A stretch of DNA of 64,000 bases from a virus. The DNA is taken from IMG/VR virus record IMGVR_UViG_3300045988_182914, positions 28,339 to 92,338 of that record; one strand, given 5' to 3'. Positions 28,364 to 39,079 of this stretch are shown here, piece after piece; positions within the stretch are counted from its first letter, which is position 1, and each line of letters opens with the position of its first letter. Below the pieces are notes generated by a model. That model had not been told where the DNA came from and made no database searches. It saw only the letters and a list, made by a program, of their open reading frames with translations. Made by a program: the position numbers and the translations under genes.

Positions 28364-28543
28364 TAAAATTGATATTGTTATAAAATCAGTGGCGAAAAAC
28401 CCACAGGCTTGCCTGTGGGATGAAAGCCACTAAATTGCTAGTTTCCATCCATTTGTATGAACGGATCTTTTAATTTTTGATATAGGAAAATGATTTTGTA
28501 ATGCTATTCGCTTTCCTTTATCCTGAACACTTTTACTGCACAT

Positions 28544-28792
28544 TTACCCGTCTATGTCTTCAGGACGCTCTAAGGTATAATGGTTTTCATTATACACATA
28601 ATCATCGCCCCAGTCGGCATTTTCAGCCCACTGGTCGAAGCTGTCCAAGATATCCTCTGCCTCATCTCTTGAAAGATAATCACAGATTACATATCCGTGA
28701 AGGTCATCTTCCAGTCTGCCGTGCAGCTCTCCAATAAGTTCCTCTTTTAAATTGTCATTAATTTCTTTAATTGCTATAATTTTTTCCGCCAA
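28544..28792 (-). CDS. Hypothetical acidic small protein
   Basis: 82 aa, D/E-rich. Confidence 0.45.
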   Translation of the reverse strand: MAEKIIAIKEINDNLKEELIGELHGRLEDDLHGYVICDYLSRDEAEDILDSFDQWAENADWGDDYVYNENHYTLERPEDIDG

Positions 28793-28795
28793 TCT

Positions 28796-29107
28796 TTAGC
28801 ATGACATTAACATGCCATATTCATTTTCTGTAAGATAAATCTGTTTTCCGCTTTCTGATGTGCCAACTGTGTATACGGTCCCACTCTCCGTGGTTTTCCA
28901 CCCGCCAAACTCCAGCAGTTCGCCATCTCTTATCAGCAGGCTGTCAGCATCGTCATCCCTGCACAAAGCGTAACTATCGACATTATTTTCTTTTGTATGC
29001 CTGATGCGTCCTCCAAATTTAAGGCGGCAGAGCCCTTTGTTGAACATTTGCCTTAAATCGACATGACATCCTGCAGCTTTGTTCCTCCTTGTTTCTTCAA
29101 TATTCAT
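28796..29107 (-). CDS. Hypothetical protein
   Basis: 103 aa. Conserved motif at 29125..29160 immediately upstream. Confidence 0.5.
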   Translation of the reverse strand: MNIEETRRNKAAGCHVDLRQMFNKGLCRLKFGGRIRHTKENNVDSYALCRDDDADSLLIRDGELLEFGGWKTTESGTVYTVGTSESGKQIYLTENEYGMLMSC

Positions 29108-29370
29108 TTTTTATTGCTCTCCTTTCTTCTTTTTATATGGAAAGTATGTCAGAATTTAACAAAATGAATGATTTTTCCATATGAAAAAAGCTGCATGCAA
29201 GCAGCCCCTTTTCCTGTACAACAAAACAGAACCGGCGCTCCTTCCGGTCCTGTTCCGCGAAAACAAATTTTTAACAAAGTGTACAAGCTGCATAAGCTTG
29301 AAAGGTCTGTTCGGTATTCCCGGACATTATAAGTATGATAGATTTATCTGTTGAATATTGCTTTCCATAT

Positions 29371-29402
29371 AAAAAGAGCCCGGAAAACCGGGCTCATGCT
29401 TT
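29371..29402 (-). terminator. Rho-independent terminator (gagcccgg-aaaa-ccgggctc + T-run)
   Basis: Perfect 8 bp stem. Downstream of gene 29604..30005 on the minus strand. Confidence 0.6.
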
Positions 29403-29603
29403 GTAAAAATTCAGCTATAATACAACTCCTAATATGGACAATAAGATAGAAAAAATTATCCAAAAAACACATTGTGATACTTCTGATGCAGGAATTATGT
29501 CAAAAGGATCGTTCTTGTTGACATATATATCTACCTCTTTATTTAATTTAGGTCTTTTATTGTCGCTAAATTTTTGCTCTGTCGTTTTATATTCTTTACC
29601 GTT

Positions 29604-30005
29604 TTATAACCATATAGGGAAAACAAAAAAAAACGAAGCAATTATTTCTAAAATCATTAAGTGAACATATCGTTTATAATTCGGTTCTGGTTCAATATGG
29701 CTATAGTCCTTTTTATCAACATACAAAGTTATTTCTTTTCCTTTTTTAGGACGTTTCATCTCTTGATAATTTTTTGTGGTTGAAACATATTCTTTTCCAT
29801 CAATGAAATATTTGTAAGTTCCATTATATGATAACAATTTTGTTACACCCGCACTTCCGTCATAACTGATGCATACTCCTTTAGTAGCAAAACATTCATT
29901 TTTGACGAATTTGATTTTTTTTACACATATAATAATGCATGGAATCGTTATGAATAAAACAAAAATGTTGTCAGCGTCAAATCCTATGCTCATATTTCCC
30001 TCCAA
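29604..30005 (-). CDS. Hypothetical membrane protein
   Basis: 133 aa with two hydrophobic segments. Motif at 30015..30043 upstream. Confidence 0.5.
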   Translation of the reverse strand: MEGNMSIGFDADNIFVLFITIPCIIICVKKIKFVKNECFATKGVCISYDGSAGVTKLLSYNGTYKYFIDGKEYVSTTKNYQEMKRPKKGKEITLYVDKKDYSHIEPEPNYKRYVHLMILEIIASFFFVFPIWL

Positions 30006-30043
30006 ATAATTATGGTTTATATAGAGTATGATTTTTTTATTAA

Positions 30044-33000
30044 CTATTTTATTACAAACTTAACATTGTTTGAAGTTCTCAAGCTTAACAGGCTGATAAT
30101 CTCAGCAATTCCAGATAATTGAGAATTAATATTACTTTTAATTTTATCAAGATTTATAATCGCATTCATCACGCCAGATGTCCAGCCATCATACTTTTCC
30201 CATTCGTAAAACTTAGTCTCACCAAGTACCCGAATTTGAGATAAATTTGTTAGATACCTAATATAACCCAAATCATCATACTTAATTATATAATTATTAT
30301 TGTTATTATCGCTTATTTGCATCTCAAACAAATCTATATATGCATTTGATAGCTCATGATAACATATAATTTCATACATTTGTTTGGTGTCTGTACTAAT
30401 TGAAAATAGTGTATCAAAGATATCGCGAACTGCAACAACTGCTTTGACATATACAAAATGTTCTGTGAGCACTTTTAAACCTATATCTAAAACAGCTTCT
30501 AATACATCAGCTCCTATATCTGAAATATTTTTATAATATTCACCAGCAAGCACGTTTCTAATTGATAAAGCAGCCTTTTTCGCATGATTATCCTTGCTGT
30601 TATTAATTAAGTAAGTTAAGGCATCCAAATTCGCTTCAAATATTTCATTATTTGTATTGATAGTTGATAAACTATCAATAGTGTCTAAAATATCCATACC
30701 ATATCCGGCATATGTTATTCCATCTGATATTTTATCAACAATTTTCATTCCTTTCCCAACTTTATCCTTTATTTCAGAAACGTCTTTTAGTTTTTTGGTA
30801 TATGACATACCATTTGTGGTCATTCTCATATATGTTGCTTCTTCACTCGCATTATGTATTTTAGTAAATAACTTTGAAAAGTCTTCCGCTACTGCTTTTT
30901 CTACTGCATCATTGCTTGTAGCGCCGTTTATTACTTCTTTAACAGTTAATATATCTTTTGGGAAGTTATATTCATCTAAAGAATATTTTTTTACAGATTC
31001 TAACAATGAGTTTAAGATTTCAACGGCACTCTTCTTTTTCTGCTTCATCTCCTCCTGTTCAAAAGTTTCTTCTGTATCATAGTTCTTATAGTAATCTATG
31101 ATCAAATCTCTGTATATTTCATTTGTGTTCCATACACCAAATATAGCAGCACTTATTACCATAGTAGATTTTGATAACAGGTCATTTTGGAAATTATTTG
31201 CGGAATTCTCATAATAATAGTAATCATTATTTGTTAATGAATCTACATTATTAGCTGAAATAGCAACATCATTTTGTAATGGATCTGTACCATTTTTGAC
31301 TTCAGTATAATCATCTATTCCATCTCCATCACTATGAGTAAGAAATGGATTAGATTTCATTACTACATATACATATTTCCCGGTAGTCTGGACTTCGATT
31401 TCTTCTCCATTCTTTAAGCCATCTCCATCCCAGTCATCATTTTCGTTATAGTCTATATCCAAACCTGAAAGTTCTGTAGAGCCGTTGCTAAGGGTTAATG
31501 TTCCGTCTTTTATGAGGTTTGTATAATAATCACAAATGCCATCATTATTGCTGTCAGTCGTATAATCAATTGTTTCGTTTGAGATATTTTCATATATATT
31601 GGACAAATCTTCAGCTTTTTCTGCGAAATAATATTTTCCCTCTGTTTCATCTGCTAATTTCTTTAATAATGTTACATTGGCACTTCCTAATCCAATACTT
31701 AATATTTTTATTCCATTATCCTTTGCTGTAGCAATTAAATCATCATAGGAATATGACACAGTTGTATCTTCACCATCAGTCATAAAAATAATATATCTCT
31801 GGTTTCCAGATGCATCCGCTTTTAACTGGTCGATTGCGGCATGTATTCCGGCTGAGCCATTAGTTCCAGAATCCCATCCCCAGCCTGAATCGTTATATAT
31901 ACTATCTACTGCATCAATTAATTCCTGCTTATCATTTGTCAGCTCTGTCTTTATTTCTTCACAAGCGATAAACGAAATAACGCTTCCTTGATCTTTATTA
32001 AAGTCCATTTTATTAACGAAATCTTTCGTTAGCTGCTTTCTTATATCACCTGGATCATTGTCGTCCATACTTGCAGATCTGTCTATAACAAAAGCAATTG
32101 ACAGTCCGCTATTTTGACCATTTTCGTCTGGTTTTTTAATATCTGAATCCCATACGGTATCAACCATATATTTATTAAGAAGAATATATGTAGAAAAATG
32201 CGTTACCGTAGCTGTAATTTTTCCTTCTTGCACTGTCTGATTTTCTAATTCTTCAAACATCTTTGTAGATTCATTAAAATAATATATTCTTGGTTGGAAT
32301 GTATCAGATAATTGTCCAAGCGATTTATCATACTTAAATGTCATTTCAGCAGAATTAAATTTCCCGTCAACGCTAAAATTATACGCTTCTCCCAGATAGC
32401 CAGCAACCGATGGATTTATATATGGATTGTCATAAGAGCTTACAGGATCAATATTCAACGAATCTATATTTCCATCTACTAAATCAAGTTTTACTGACGG
32501 TACAACAGGGTTCTCCTTGGTAACTTCAGGATACCTTTCATAGCTTATTGTAAATGATTCATTGTACACAAGAGGATTATATCCATTACTGATTTCCCAT
32601 AAATCGTCAGCTCCATCACCATCCGTATCTTTATTGGTAGGACTTGTATTGTATCCAGTCAATTCCTCATTATCTAGCAAACCATCAGAATCACTATCAT
32701 TATTTGTCGGATCCGTTCCGATTTCATATTCTTTGCCATTTGAAATACCATCATTATCAGCATCTTCATTATAATCTGATATACCGTTGTCATCAGTATC
32801 CACCTTAAGTGGATCTGTCCCAAGTTCTACAACTTCTTGATAGTCAGTTAATCCATCTCCGTCCGTATCAGCTTTGTTTATATCTGTGCCGATATATTCC
32901 TCAATTACATCATAAATTCCATCATTATCAGAGTCTGTATTCGCACCAATAGTTTTATCGTAATTAAGACCAATAGAATCATATAGATAGACTGTTGTAC

Positions 33001-33970
33001 TTAACTCTTTTTCATCACCTGTTGCTGTTACAATAATTTCATTTTTCCCAGGGAAAAGGCCTATATTTGTTATTTTCCAGTTATCGGCCGACGGCGTATT
33101 TCCTTCAAATACCAGCTTGTCTTTATCATTGTAAACTTTAACATTTATATTATTGTATTTGTTGCTATTTTCTAACGTGCCGCTTAAACCATCAAGTTTT
33201 GATGATGTAAGATAATAATTGTTTACAGTATCGTATCCAAAGGTATCGGTATTAACTGTCAGTTTTCCCATATCTTCGGCGCGATCGTAATTTGTGATAA
33301 AATCAATATTTATTTCTTTATTATCAATTTTTATTTTGTGGGTGGTTGAAAAACTGCACTTCTCTAAATCATCCGCATATACACTTAATAACGACATATT
33401 TGATACTATAGCCACAACTAATACCAAAGAAATAATCTTATTTATCTTTTTCTTCTTGATTGCATATGCTAACAAACAAAGTCCAAAAAATAATAACATT
33501 ATGTAGCATACTATATTGTAATCATCATTTGTGTTGATCTTTTTTTCATTAGTTGCTACATTATTTTTTGCTGACAAATTATCTTTTGACTTTATTTCTT
33601 TGCTCTTATCAGGAGTTTTCGTCTCCGTATCCGTTTTTTTACTAGCTGAAACATTTTTTATCATTGCTGTAATATCATATTTTATAGAATCTCCAGCTTT
33701 GAGCGTTCCTATATCTTTTTGTAAATCACCTTTAGCAAACTCAATACTATCAGGTGAATTTATTTGTAGGTTAATACCTGTTACATCATATGAATTTGTA
33801 TTTTTTAATTCATATGTAAACTTCACCTTATCGCCTTCCTTATAAGTTCCCTTTTCCTCCGTTACGTTTACTTCCACTCCGTTTTGAACACTGCTGCTTG
33901 CATAAACTGAGTCTTTGCTTACAGCCAGCAGAATGATACCCATGAGTAGAATTCTTAAAAATTTCCTCAT
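30044..33970 (-). CDS. Large secreted/surface protein: signal peptide, TM segment, thrombospondin type 3 (DxDxDG) calcium-binding repeats, von Willebrand factor A domain (MIDAS DRSAS), about 500 aa helical C-terminal region
   Basis: 1308 aa. N terminus MRKFLRILLMGIILLAVS. TSP3-like repeats DTDGDGLTDYQE, DADNDGISNGKE, DSDSDGLLDNEE. VWA region IAFVIDRSASMDD...IIFMTDGED. About 30% GC, lower than its surroundings. Confidence 0.85.
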   Translation of the reverse strand: MRKFLRILLMGIILLAVSKDSVYASSSVQNGVEVNVTEEKGTYKEGDKVKFTYELKNTNSYDVTGINLQINSPDSIEFAKGDLQKDIGTLKAGDSIKYDITAMIKNVSASKKTDTETKTPDKSKEIKSKDNLSAKNNVATNEKKINTNDDYNIVCYIMLLFFGLCLLAYAIKKKKINKIISLVLVVAIVSNMSLLSVYADDLEKCSFSTTHKIKIDNKEINIDFITNYDRAEDMGKLTVNTDTFGYDTVNNYYLTSSKLDGLSGTLENSNKYNNINVKVYNDKDKLVFEGNTPSADNWKITNIGLFPGKNEIIVTATGDEKELSTTVYLYDSIGLNYDKTIGANTDSDNDGIYDVIEEYIGTDINKADTDGDGLTDYQEVVELGTDPLKVDTDDNGISDYNEDADNDGISNGKEYEIGTDPTNNDSDSDGLLDNEELTGYNTSPTNKDTDGDGADDLWEISNGYNPLVYNESFTISYERYPEVTKENPVVPSVKLDLVDGNIDSLNIDPVSSYDNPYINPSVAGYLGEAYNFSVDGKFNSAEMTFKYDKSLGQLSDTFQPRIYYFNESTKMFEELENQTVQEGKITATVTHFSTYILLNKYMVDTVWDSDIKKPDENGQNSGLSIAFVIDRSASMDDNDPGDIRKQLTKDFVNKMDFNKDQGSVISFIACEEIKTELTNDKQELIDAVDSIYNDSGWGWDSGTNGSAGIHAAIDQLKADASGNQRYIIFMTDGEDTTVSYSYDDLIATAKDNGIKILSIGLGSANVTLLKKLADETEGKYYFAEKAEDLSNIYENISNETIDYTTDSNNDGICDYYTNLIKDGTLTLSNGSTELSGLDIDYNENDDWDGDGLKNGEEIEVQTTGKYVYVVMKSNPFLTHSDGDGIDDYTEVKNGTDPLQNDVAISANNVDSLTNNDYYYYENSANNFQNDLLSKSTMVISAAIFGVWNTNEIYRDLIIDYYKNYDTEETFEQEEMKQKKKSAVEILNSLLESVKKYSLDEYNFPKDILTVKEVINGATSNDAVEKAVAEDFSKLFTKIHNASEEATYMRMTTNGMSYTKKLKDVSEIKDKVGKGMKIVDKISDGITYAGYGMDILDTIDSLSTINTNNEIFEANLDALTYLINNSKDNHAKKAALSIRNVLAGEYYKNISDIGADVLEAVLDIGLKVLTEHFVYVKAVVAVRDIFDTLFSISTDTKQMYEIICYHELSNAYIDLFEMQISDNNNNNYIIKYDDLGYIRYLTNLSQIRVLGETKFYEWEKYDGWTSGVMNAIINLDKIKSNINSQLSGIAEIISLLSLRTSNNVKFVIK

Positions 33971-34673
33971 CTTGTTCCTCCTGTTTATATAATTTTTATA
34001 ATTTTAATATCATCATAACATTTTCTTTTGTACAATCCCCAAAAAAAGGACATAGCTCATTCCTACTTGATATAAGCTTGCATTATACGGAATCAACTTT
34101 ATTATGCAGAAAGAGGCATATTCAAGTCAGACAAGTCCGCTTATGAACACTGTCTGCAAGCAGAATGCTAACAAAAAGAATAGAGTTGAAAGAGGTCTTT
34201 ATATTGATGGTAGTTACAATTGGAATGCTGACAGTGTTGGCGCATTTAACATACTGCGCTTATACTTTCAGGCACAAAAAATAGATACCAGACTTGATCC
34301 GATATCTATTTCATCACCTGAAGTAACAAAAGTAGCTGCGTAAAAAAACAGTATTGGTGTTATGGACGCACCTTGGATCCATAGACTTTTAAGTCTGTGC
34401 CCAGATGCTCGGTAATTCAATTACTGAGTAGTTCACAGTCAATACTTCAAACACTATACCTTATTAAAGTCCGGTGAAGGTAAAAAAAAGACTCCCCGAG
34501 AAATTTCAGGAAGCCTTTACATTACTGTATTGGTTACGATTTTTGCCGTTTTGCAACTTATTTAATTTTTTCAGGGGGCGTTGCCGATTCGTATCACAGA
34601 TTTAAGGAAGCACTGCATATATCATACTCCTTTTGATCACGTCCGAACGGCATCATTTTCGTCCACCATATTC

Positions 34674-35057
34674 TCATGCCATAAGTATCCTAATCTGAAG
34701 CATAGGCCTCTTCTCAGCCGTAAATCTCTCATTAACTGCAACCGTCTGATACAGCCTATTTCGGTACGCAATCGTGCGCTTACATACAGCATAATCTTCC
34801 CATTCTGCATCCATTCCCATTATCTTTCTCGCAGACTCTCTTACAAAGTCATCACTGTCCATTGATTTGAAAACATCCTTCGTGCGTCTTTCGTCTCTAT
34901 TTCCGGATGCAGTTTTAAAGCGGATTTTTCCTGCATAAATCATTATGCATCCTGTATTCTTCTCGCCGGAAACCTCATCAAGAAGCTTAAAAAGCGCGAT
35001 CTTTCCTTTCTCAAATATATCGTCTAATCTCATATCCTCTGTTCTTTCATTGCTCAT
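34674..35057 (-). CDS. Hypothetical protein
   Basis: 127 aa ORF. Confidence 0.4.
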   Translation of the reverse strand: MSNERTEDMRLDDIFEKGKIALFKLLDEVSGEKNTGCIMIYAGKIRFKTASGNRDERRTKDVFKSMDSDDFVRESARKIMGMDAEWEDYAVCKRTIAYRNRLYQTVAVNERFTAEKRPMLQIRILMA

Positions 35058-35129
35058 ATATAATGTCTCCTTTCTCGTGTGTCCTATTCCTGCTCATCTG
35101 CAAACATTGCAAGGCATCCTTCTCTTCTC

Positions 35130-35723
35130 CTAAAAGACGTCCATGCTCTCAAAATCTATTCTCAAGTCAACTATTTTCTGACAGTACGGCTCGCATCCTC
35201 GAAGTCCTGATGCACTCCTATGCGTATCCTTGTCTACATCTGTGCATCTTCTGCATAAATCTGCTTCCGCCAGCTCCTGTCTCGCAAGTTCTGCTGCAAT
35301 CGCTGTCGCTTTTGTATATACCTGCATGATGATTGCCGCAAGTGCCGGAGAATACGTTACAAGTCGGTTCCAGTTGAGCTGCCGCCCGAAGTTTTGCCAT
35401 AATCCGCTGTCTTCATAAAAAGCCAGGCGCCTCGACGCCCACTCTAACGCTCTCTTTTCATCCTGCGTTATGAACCGCGCGGCATTTTCAAGCATGGAAC
35501 AAAGCTTCTTGACAGCCGTATTTTCCGCCGCAATCGCGACCACATCTCTCAGACTGTCCCTGTCGGGCTCATCATCTGCTTTAAAATTTAATTTTTCTTT
35601 TGCGTATCCGATGGAATCAATAACACAGTTTCTGTCCACATCTGTCAGATGCATGTTTTGACACTGCATTTCTTTTATCAGATCCGGACTGATTACAGCC
35701 CACGCATACTCGCTTTCGTATAT
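35130..35723 (-). CDS. Hypothetical protein
   Basis: Start MIYESEY just downstream of conserved motif at 35735..35765. Confidence 0.5.
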   Translation of the reverse strand: MYESEYAWAVISPDLIKEMQCQNMHLTDVDRNCVIDSIGYAKEKLNFKADDEPDRDSLRDVVAIAAENTAVKKLCSMLENAARFITQDEKRALEWASRRLAFYEDSGLWQNFGRQLNWNRLVTYSPALAAIIMQVYTKATAIAAELARQELAEADLCRRCTDVDKDTHRSASGLRGCEPYCQKIVDLRIDFESMDVF

Positions 35724-35970
35724 CATGTTGCTTCCTCCTGTATAAAGTATGTCAGAATGCATTTTAAGCTATATCTTTCCATATAAATAAGCTGGTTTTC
35801 CTGTATTAACTTTTTCTTTCCACATCCCACACCCTGCCTGCGTATATAATAAACATCGTCAGCCAGCCTATGGCATATCCCCAGTCAATATCTCTTATTA
35901 ATCCTATTACTTCCTTCAAATTGTGTATCTTATGCCCTGATGGCGCTCTTCTCCTTATTTTTGTATCTTC

Positions 35971-36345
35971 TTATTTTATAATCTTGAACCTTTCTTTCCT
36001 GATCCGGTCGTTTTCCTCTTTGACCTGTCTTAAATGCTTCGACATGACTTCCTTATGTCTTTTGCCATGAGCGCAGTTGTTGCACAGTCCGTAGTTGACA
36101 TGCCCCTTGCCGCCATACGATGCAAAATACTCCCTTTCGTCTATCGCGCCGCATTCGCTACATTTTACGAATCTGTTGCCCTCAATGCTTACAACAGGCT
36201 TTTCTCCGGCCGATTCGATTATTTCATCAAGATGGCTTATAAGGTAGTAGAATGCTCCGAGCTGTTCTGCCGACCCACCCTTTGTCATCTCATGGTATTT
36301 TTCGAGTGTGTTTTTCTCGTTTTCCAAAAAACCACGTCCTTTCAT
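35971..36345 (-). CDS. Hypothetical zinc-ribbon protein
   Basis: 124 aa with CSECG...CNNCAHG. Confidence 0.5.
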   Translation of the reverse strand: MKGRGFLENEKNTLEKYHEMTKGGSAEQLGAFYYLISHLDEIIESAGEKPVVSIEGNRFVKCSECGAIDEREYFASYGGKGHVNYGLCNNCAHGKRHKEVMSKHLRQVKEENDRIRKERFKIIK

Positions 36346-36348
36346 ATA

Positions 36349-36564
36349 TTAATGCGCATTCTCAAGCTTATCCCGTATCAGGGCAAAAACTCTCTGTCTT
36401 GCGCATTCCCTGCCGACACCGTTTTCTGCCATGTCCTTTTCGATAAGCTTTCCGACTGCCCTGGCAATGTCTTTAAGCTCGCCTATATTCTTGGCTCCTG
36501 TCGCTTCTTTGTATACCTTTATTGTCTCTATCCTTGGATCCTTTGAATTTTCTGTCTCCTTCAT
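36349..36564 (-). CDS. Hypothetical small protein
   Basis: 71 aa. Motif at 36595..36640 upstream. Confidence 0.4.
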   Translation of the reverse strand: MKETENSKDPRIETIKVYKEATGAKNIGELKDIARAVGKLIEKDMAENGVGRECARQRVFALIRDKLENAH

Positions 36565-36656
36565 TTTGCTTTCTGTGCCTCCTTATCCTATTCTTTCTCC
36601 CTATATTAAGTATGTCAGATGGATGTTTTGCGAATGTCCTTCCATATAAGTTTCTG

Positions 36657-36902
36657 CTAGATCTGCGTATTTTTCAGATACGCAAGTATCATAATCACCG
36701 CCCTGTATTTTCTCGGATGGCTCATGATATCCTCAATTTCTGCTTCAAGGCCTGCCACGTCAGTTTCCATGCTGCTCTTGCTGAAAGCAAATCCGTCAAG
36801 CCCCGGCTTATTCTGTCTTTTGTACTCTTCTGCCGTCAGACTTCTTAACGCATCCGCCACATCTTTTGCACCTTTTCTTCTTAATATATTTCTGCTGTCC
36901 AT
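36657..36902 (-). CDS. Hypothetical small protein
   Basis: 81 aa. Confidence 0.4.
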   Translation of the reverse strand: MDSRNILRRKGAKDVADALRSLTAEEYKRQNKPGLDGFAFSKSSMETDVAGLEAEIEDIMSHPRKYRAVIMILAYLKNTQI

Positions 36903-36911
36903 AATTCCCTC

Positions 36912-37157
36912 CTAACTGACATGCACAGTCCATCTGTCGGTATACAGATATGATTCCTGCACACAGATATGCACCTTCTCTGCCTGCCTGTATTCCTCAA
37001 CACACGTCCTTGACCTTGTCCAGCCATCCTGAAGCACGCAGATGTCAGCCTCGCTCATATCTTCCACTATTACGGCATTCTCATCCATCTCGAAGATGCC
37101 TCTTATTATATTCCTGTTAATCTTCCGCCTTTTCGGCCTGATTATATAATAGTGCAT
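36912..37157 (-). CDS. Hypothetical small protein
   Basis: 81 aa. Confidence 0.4.
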   Translation of the reverse strand: MHYYIIRPKRRKINRNIIRGIFEMDENAVIVEDMSEADICVLQDGWTRSRTCVEEYRQAEKVHICVQESYLYTDRWTVHVS

Positions 37158-37417
37158 TATTTTTCCTCCCTCGGCATATATCTGCCATTCTCCAGCATTT
37201 CAATGCTTATCTGCCCAGGAATATCCTCTTCCTGCTTCAAAAATCCGCTGTATTCAAGGCTTCTCTCAAGGAAGCTCTGGTAAGTCTCATACAAACTGCA
37301 GCTGTCACACAAGCTGCCGGACGCCGCCTTCCTGTCGAATATCTGCACACATCGCAGGTCTTTTCTTCCCGAAACGGCATTTAGTATGGTGCATGTTTTT
37401 CTTTCCTCATACTTCAA
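37157..37417 (-). CDS. Hypothetical small protein
   Basis: 86 aa. Motif at 37440..37480 upstream. Confidence 0.4.
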   Translation of the reverse strand: MKYEERKTCTILNAVSGRKDLRCVQIFDRKAASGSLCDSCSLYETYQSFLERSLEYSGFLKQEEDIPGQISIEMLENGRYMPREEK

Positions 37418-38049
37418 TTTTTAAGCCTCCAAGCATTTTTCTTCCTTATATGGAAAGTATGATATTTTTTATCAGTGCTAATGGCTTTCCATATAAGAAC
37501 AGCTGCTTTTAGCCAGAAATCTGCAATGAAAATAAAAGTAATGTCAACAGAAAAAGTCCTGTGCCCATACAAGTACACAGAACTCTCAAACCCTTGATTT
37601 TACTGCATTTTTAGCGCAGGAAATATTACCGGAGTTTTATTTTGCTGAAAAATTTCTACAAAATTTCTGCAGTTTTTTTGTTTCTCTATCATATTCATAA
37701 CAATAGAAAATAAAAAAAATATCGTTTTTCAAATTCTACCAGCAGGATAATGACAAGATACAGAAATTGTGCTATAGTATGTATATCAAAGGAAAACAGT
37801 TATCTGCAAAAACGCAGGAGAAAGGAAAAAGATATGCTTACAGCAATTAAGTTTTGTAAAAGTTCATACAGTTGTAAACATAGTTCTTACTTTAAAAAGA
37901 ACTCTATTTTGATGCGCTTTTATATGAACGAAAATTCTGTCTGAAAAACATATTTACTGCATAAATATTTTTCTTTCATGTCGTTTATCTTAGGGCGCAT
38001 CCCGGATGAACGATTTTTTTATTGCTTAAAATGAAAGGAAATAATTATT

Positions 38050-38274
38050 ATGCCAGTAATAAACATGGAACAGACAGGAAAGCAGATTGCAGAATTAAGA
38101 AAGAACGCAAATCTCACTGTAAACGATATAAAGGAAGCACTCGCACTTACAACTGTAAATGCCGTATACAAGTGGCAGCGTGGACAAACGCTTCCAACGC
38201 TTGACAATCTTGTTGCGCTTGCAGCACTCTTCGGCTGCACAATAAATGATATTGTCATAACTGAGACAATATAA
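38050..38274 (+). CDS. XRE-family helix-turn-helix transcriptional regulator
   Basis: 74 aa. QIAELRKNANLTVNDIKEALALTTVNAVYKWQRGQTLP is the classic Cro/CI-type HTH. Confidence 0.75.
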   Translation: MPVINMEQTGKQIAELRKNANLTVNDIKEALALTTVNAVYKWQRGQTLPTLDNLVALAALFGCTINDIVITETI

Positions 38275-38283
38275 GAAACACAT

Positions 38284-38356
38284 GTATCATTAGCTCAGCT
38301 GGCAGAGCACTCGACTTTTAATCGAGCTGTCCGGGGTTCAAGTCCCCGATGGTACA
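38284..38356 (+). tRNA. tRNA-Lys (anticodon TTT)
   Basis: Manual cloverleaf fold. Acceptor GTATCAT/ATGGTAC, anticodon loop CTTTTAA, T-arm CGGGG-TTCAAGT-CCCCG. Confidence 0.8.
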
Positions 38357-38377
38357 TTACCGGCGGGTATAACATGA

Positions 38378-38458
38378 GGATAGGTATGCAAGTGGTTAAA
38401 TCGGGCAGACTGTAAATCTGTTGCTTCGGCTTCGTTGGTTCGAATCCAACCCTATCCA
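38378..38458 (+). tRNA. tRNA-Tyr (anticodon GTA), long variable arm
   Basis: Acceptor GGATAGG/CCTATCC, anticodon loop CTGTAAA, T-arm GTTGG-TTCGAAT-CCAAC. Confidence 0.8.
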
Positions 38459-38559
38459 CTAAGAAATTTCTTTTATTCAAGTCCTGCCCCGCCGACTTAA
38501 TTTTAAAACAAAGGAGATGATTTATAAATGATTGCAGACTTTAAAACTAATTTCATCAG

Positions 38560-38631
38560 GCTCTCGTAGCTCAGAGGTAGAGTACTTGGTTGAAGCCCAA
38601 GGGGTCGAAAGCTCAAAACTTTCCGGGAGCA
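38560..38631 (+). tRNA. Atypical tRNA-like gene, possibly tRNA-Phe (GAA), with non-canonical T-loop CTCAAAA
   Basis: Acceptor GCTCTCG/CGGGAGC (one G-U), anticodon loop TTGAAGC. The T-loop lacks the TTC motif, so it could be a pseudo-tRNA. Confidence 0.4.
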
Positions 38632-38635
38632 TTAT

Positions 38636-38719
38636 GGAGTGTTGGCTCAATTGGTACAGCAACTGTCTTGAAAACAGTCATTCCGAAAGGATATCTGAGT
38701 TCGAATCTCAGGCACTCCG
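38636..38719 (+). tRNA. tRNA-Ser (anticodon TGA), class II
   Basis: Anticodon arm ACTGT-CTTGAAA-ACAGT, long variable arm, T-arm CTGAG-TTCGAAT-CTCAG. Confidence 0.8.
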
Positions 38720-38748
38720 CTATATTAAAAAAACAATTTATATATTAT

Positions 38749-38834
38749 GCAGTGTTGGCAGAGTAGGTAATGCGCCGGATTGCTAATCCGAGGTCATCTT
38801 AACGGATGCAGGGGTTCGAGTCCCTTACGCTGCG
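38749..38834 (+). tRNA. tRNA-Ser (anticodon GCT), class II
   Basis: Anticodon loop TTGCTAA, long variable arm, T-loop TTCGAGT, acceptor GCAGTGT/ACGCTGC. Confidence 0.7.
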
Positions 38835-38898
38835 CTGTGTTAGTAGCTTAGGAGGTTTAATATCGTCAAATCCCGTCTAGCACCTTATATCTTATAAT

Positions 38899-38970
38899 GA
38901 TGATGTAGCCAAGAGGAAAAGGCATTAGTCTGCAAAACTAATATCGTGGGTTCAAATCCCATCATCATCT
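38899..38970 (+). tRNA. tRNA-Cys (anticodon GCA)
   Basis: Acceptor GATGATG/CATCATC, anticodon arm TTAGT-CTGCAAA-ACTAA, T-arm GTGGG-TTCAAAT-CCCAT. Confidence 0.75.
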
Positions 38971-39004
38971 CTCGAATATAATTCTCTTATTTACCACACT
39001 ATAT

Positions 39005-39036
39005 AAAAAATGTACGAATATATTTCGCACATTTTT
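39005..39036. promoter_or_regulatory. 32 bp imperfect palindrome AAAAATGTACGAATAT|ATTTCGCACATTTTT (candidate operator or origin site)
   Basis: Read directly. Shares the TGTACGA core with the second palindrome. Confidence 0.5.
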
Positions 39037-39051
39037 ATAAATTTAGAGCTA

Positions 39052-39079
39052 AATCGTACATTTTTAAATATGTACGATT
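39052..39079. promoter_or_regulatory. Perfect inverted repeat AATCGTACAT-N8-ATGTACGATT
   Basis: 10 bp perfect arms, read directly. Confidence 0.55.

Noticed and set aside
29434-29664. 76 aa plus-strand ORF overlapping the terminator and 3' end of gene 29604..30005
   Set aside because: It overlaps a better-supported minus-strand gene and its terminator.
34104-34343. 79 aa plus-strand ORF and a 25-codon hydrophobic peptide (MVVTIGMLTVLAHLTYCAYTFRHKK) in the gap after the giant surface-protein gene
   Set aside because: No RBS. Lies in the promoter-upstream region of the giant gene. A type I toxin-like peptide is conceivable but unsupported.
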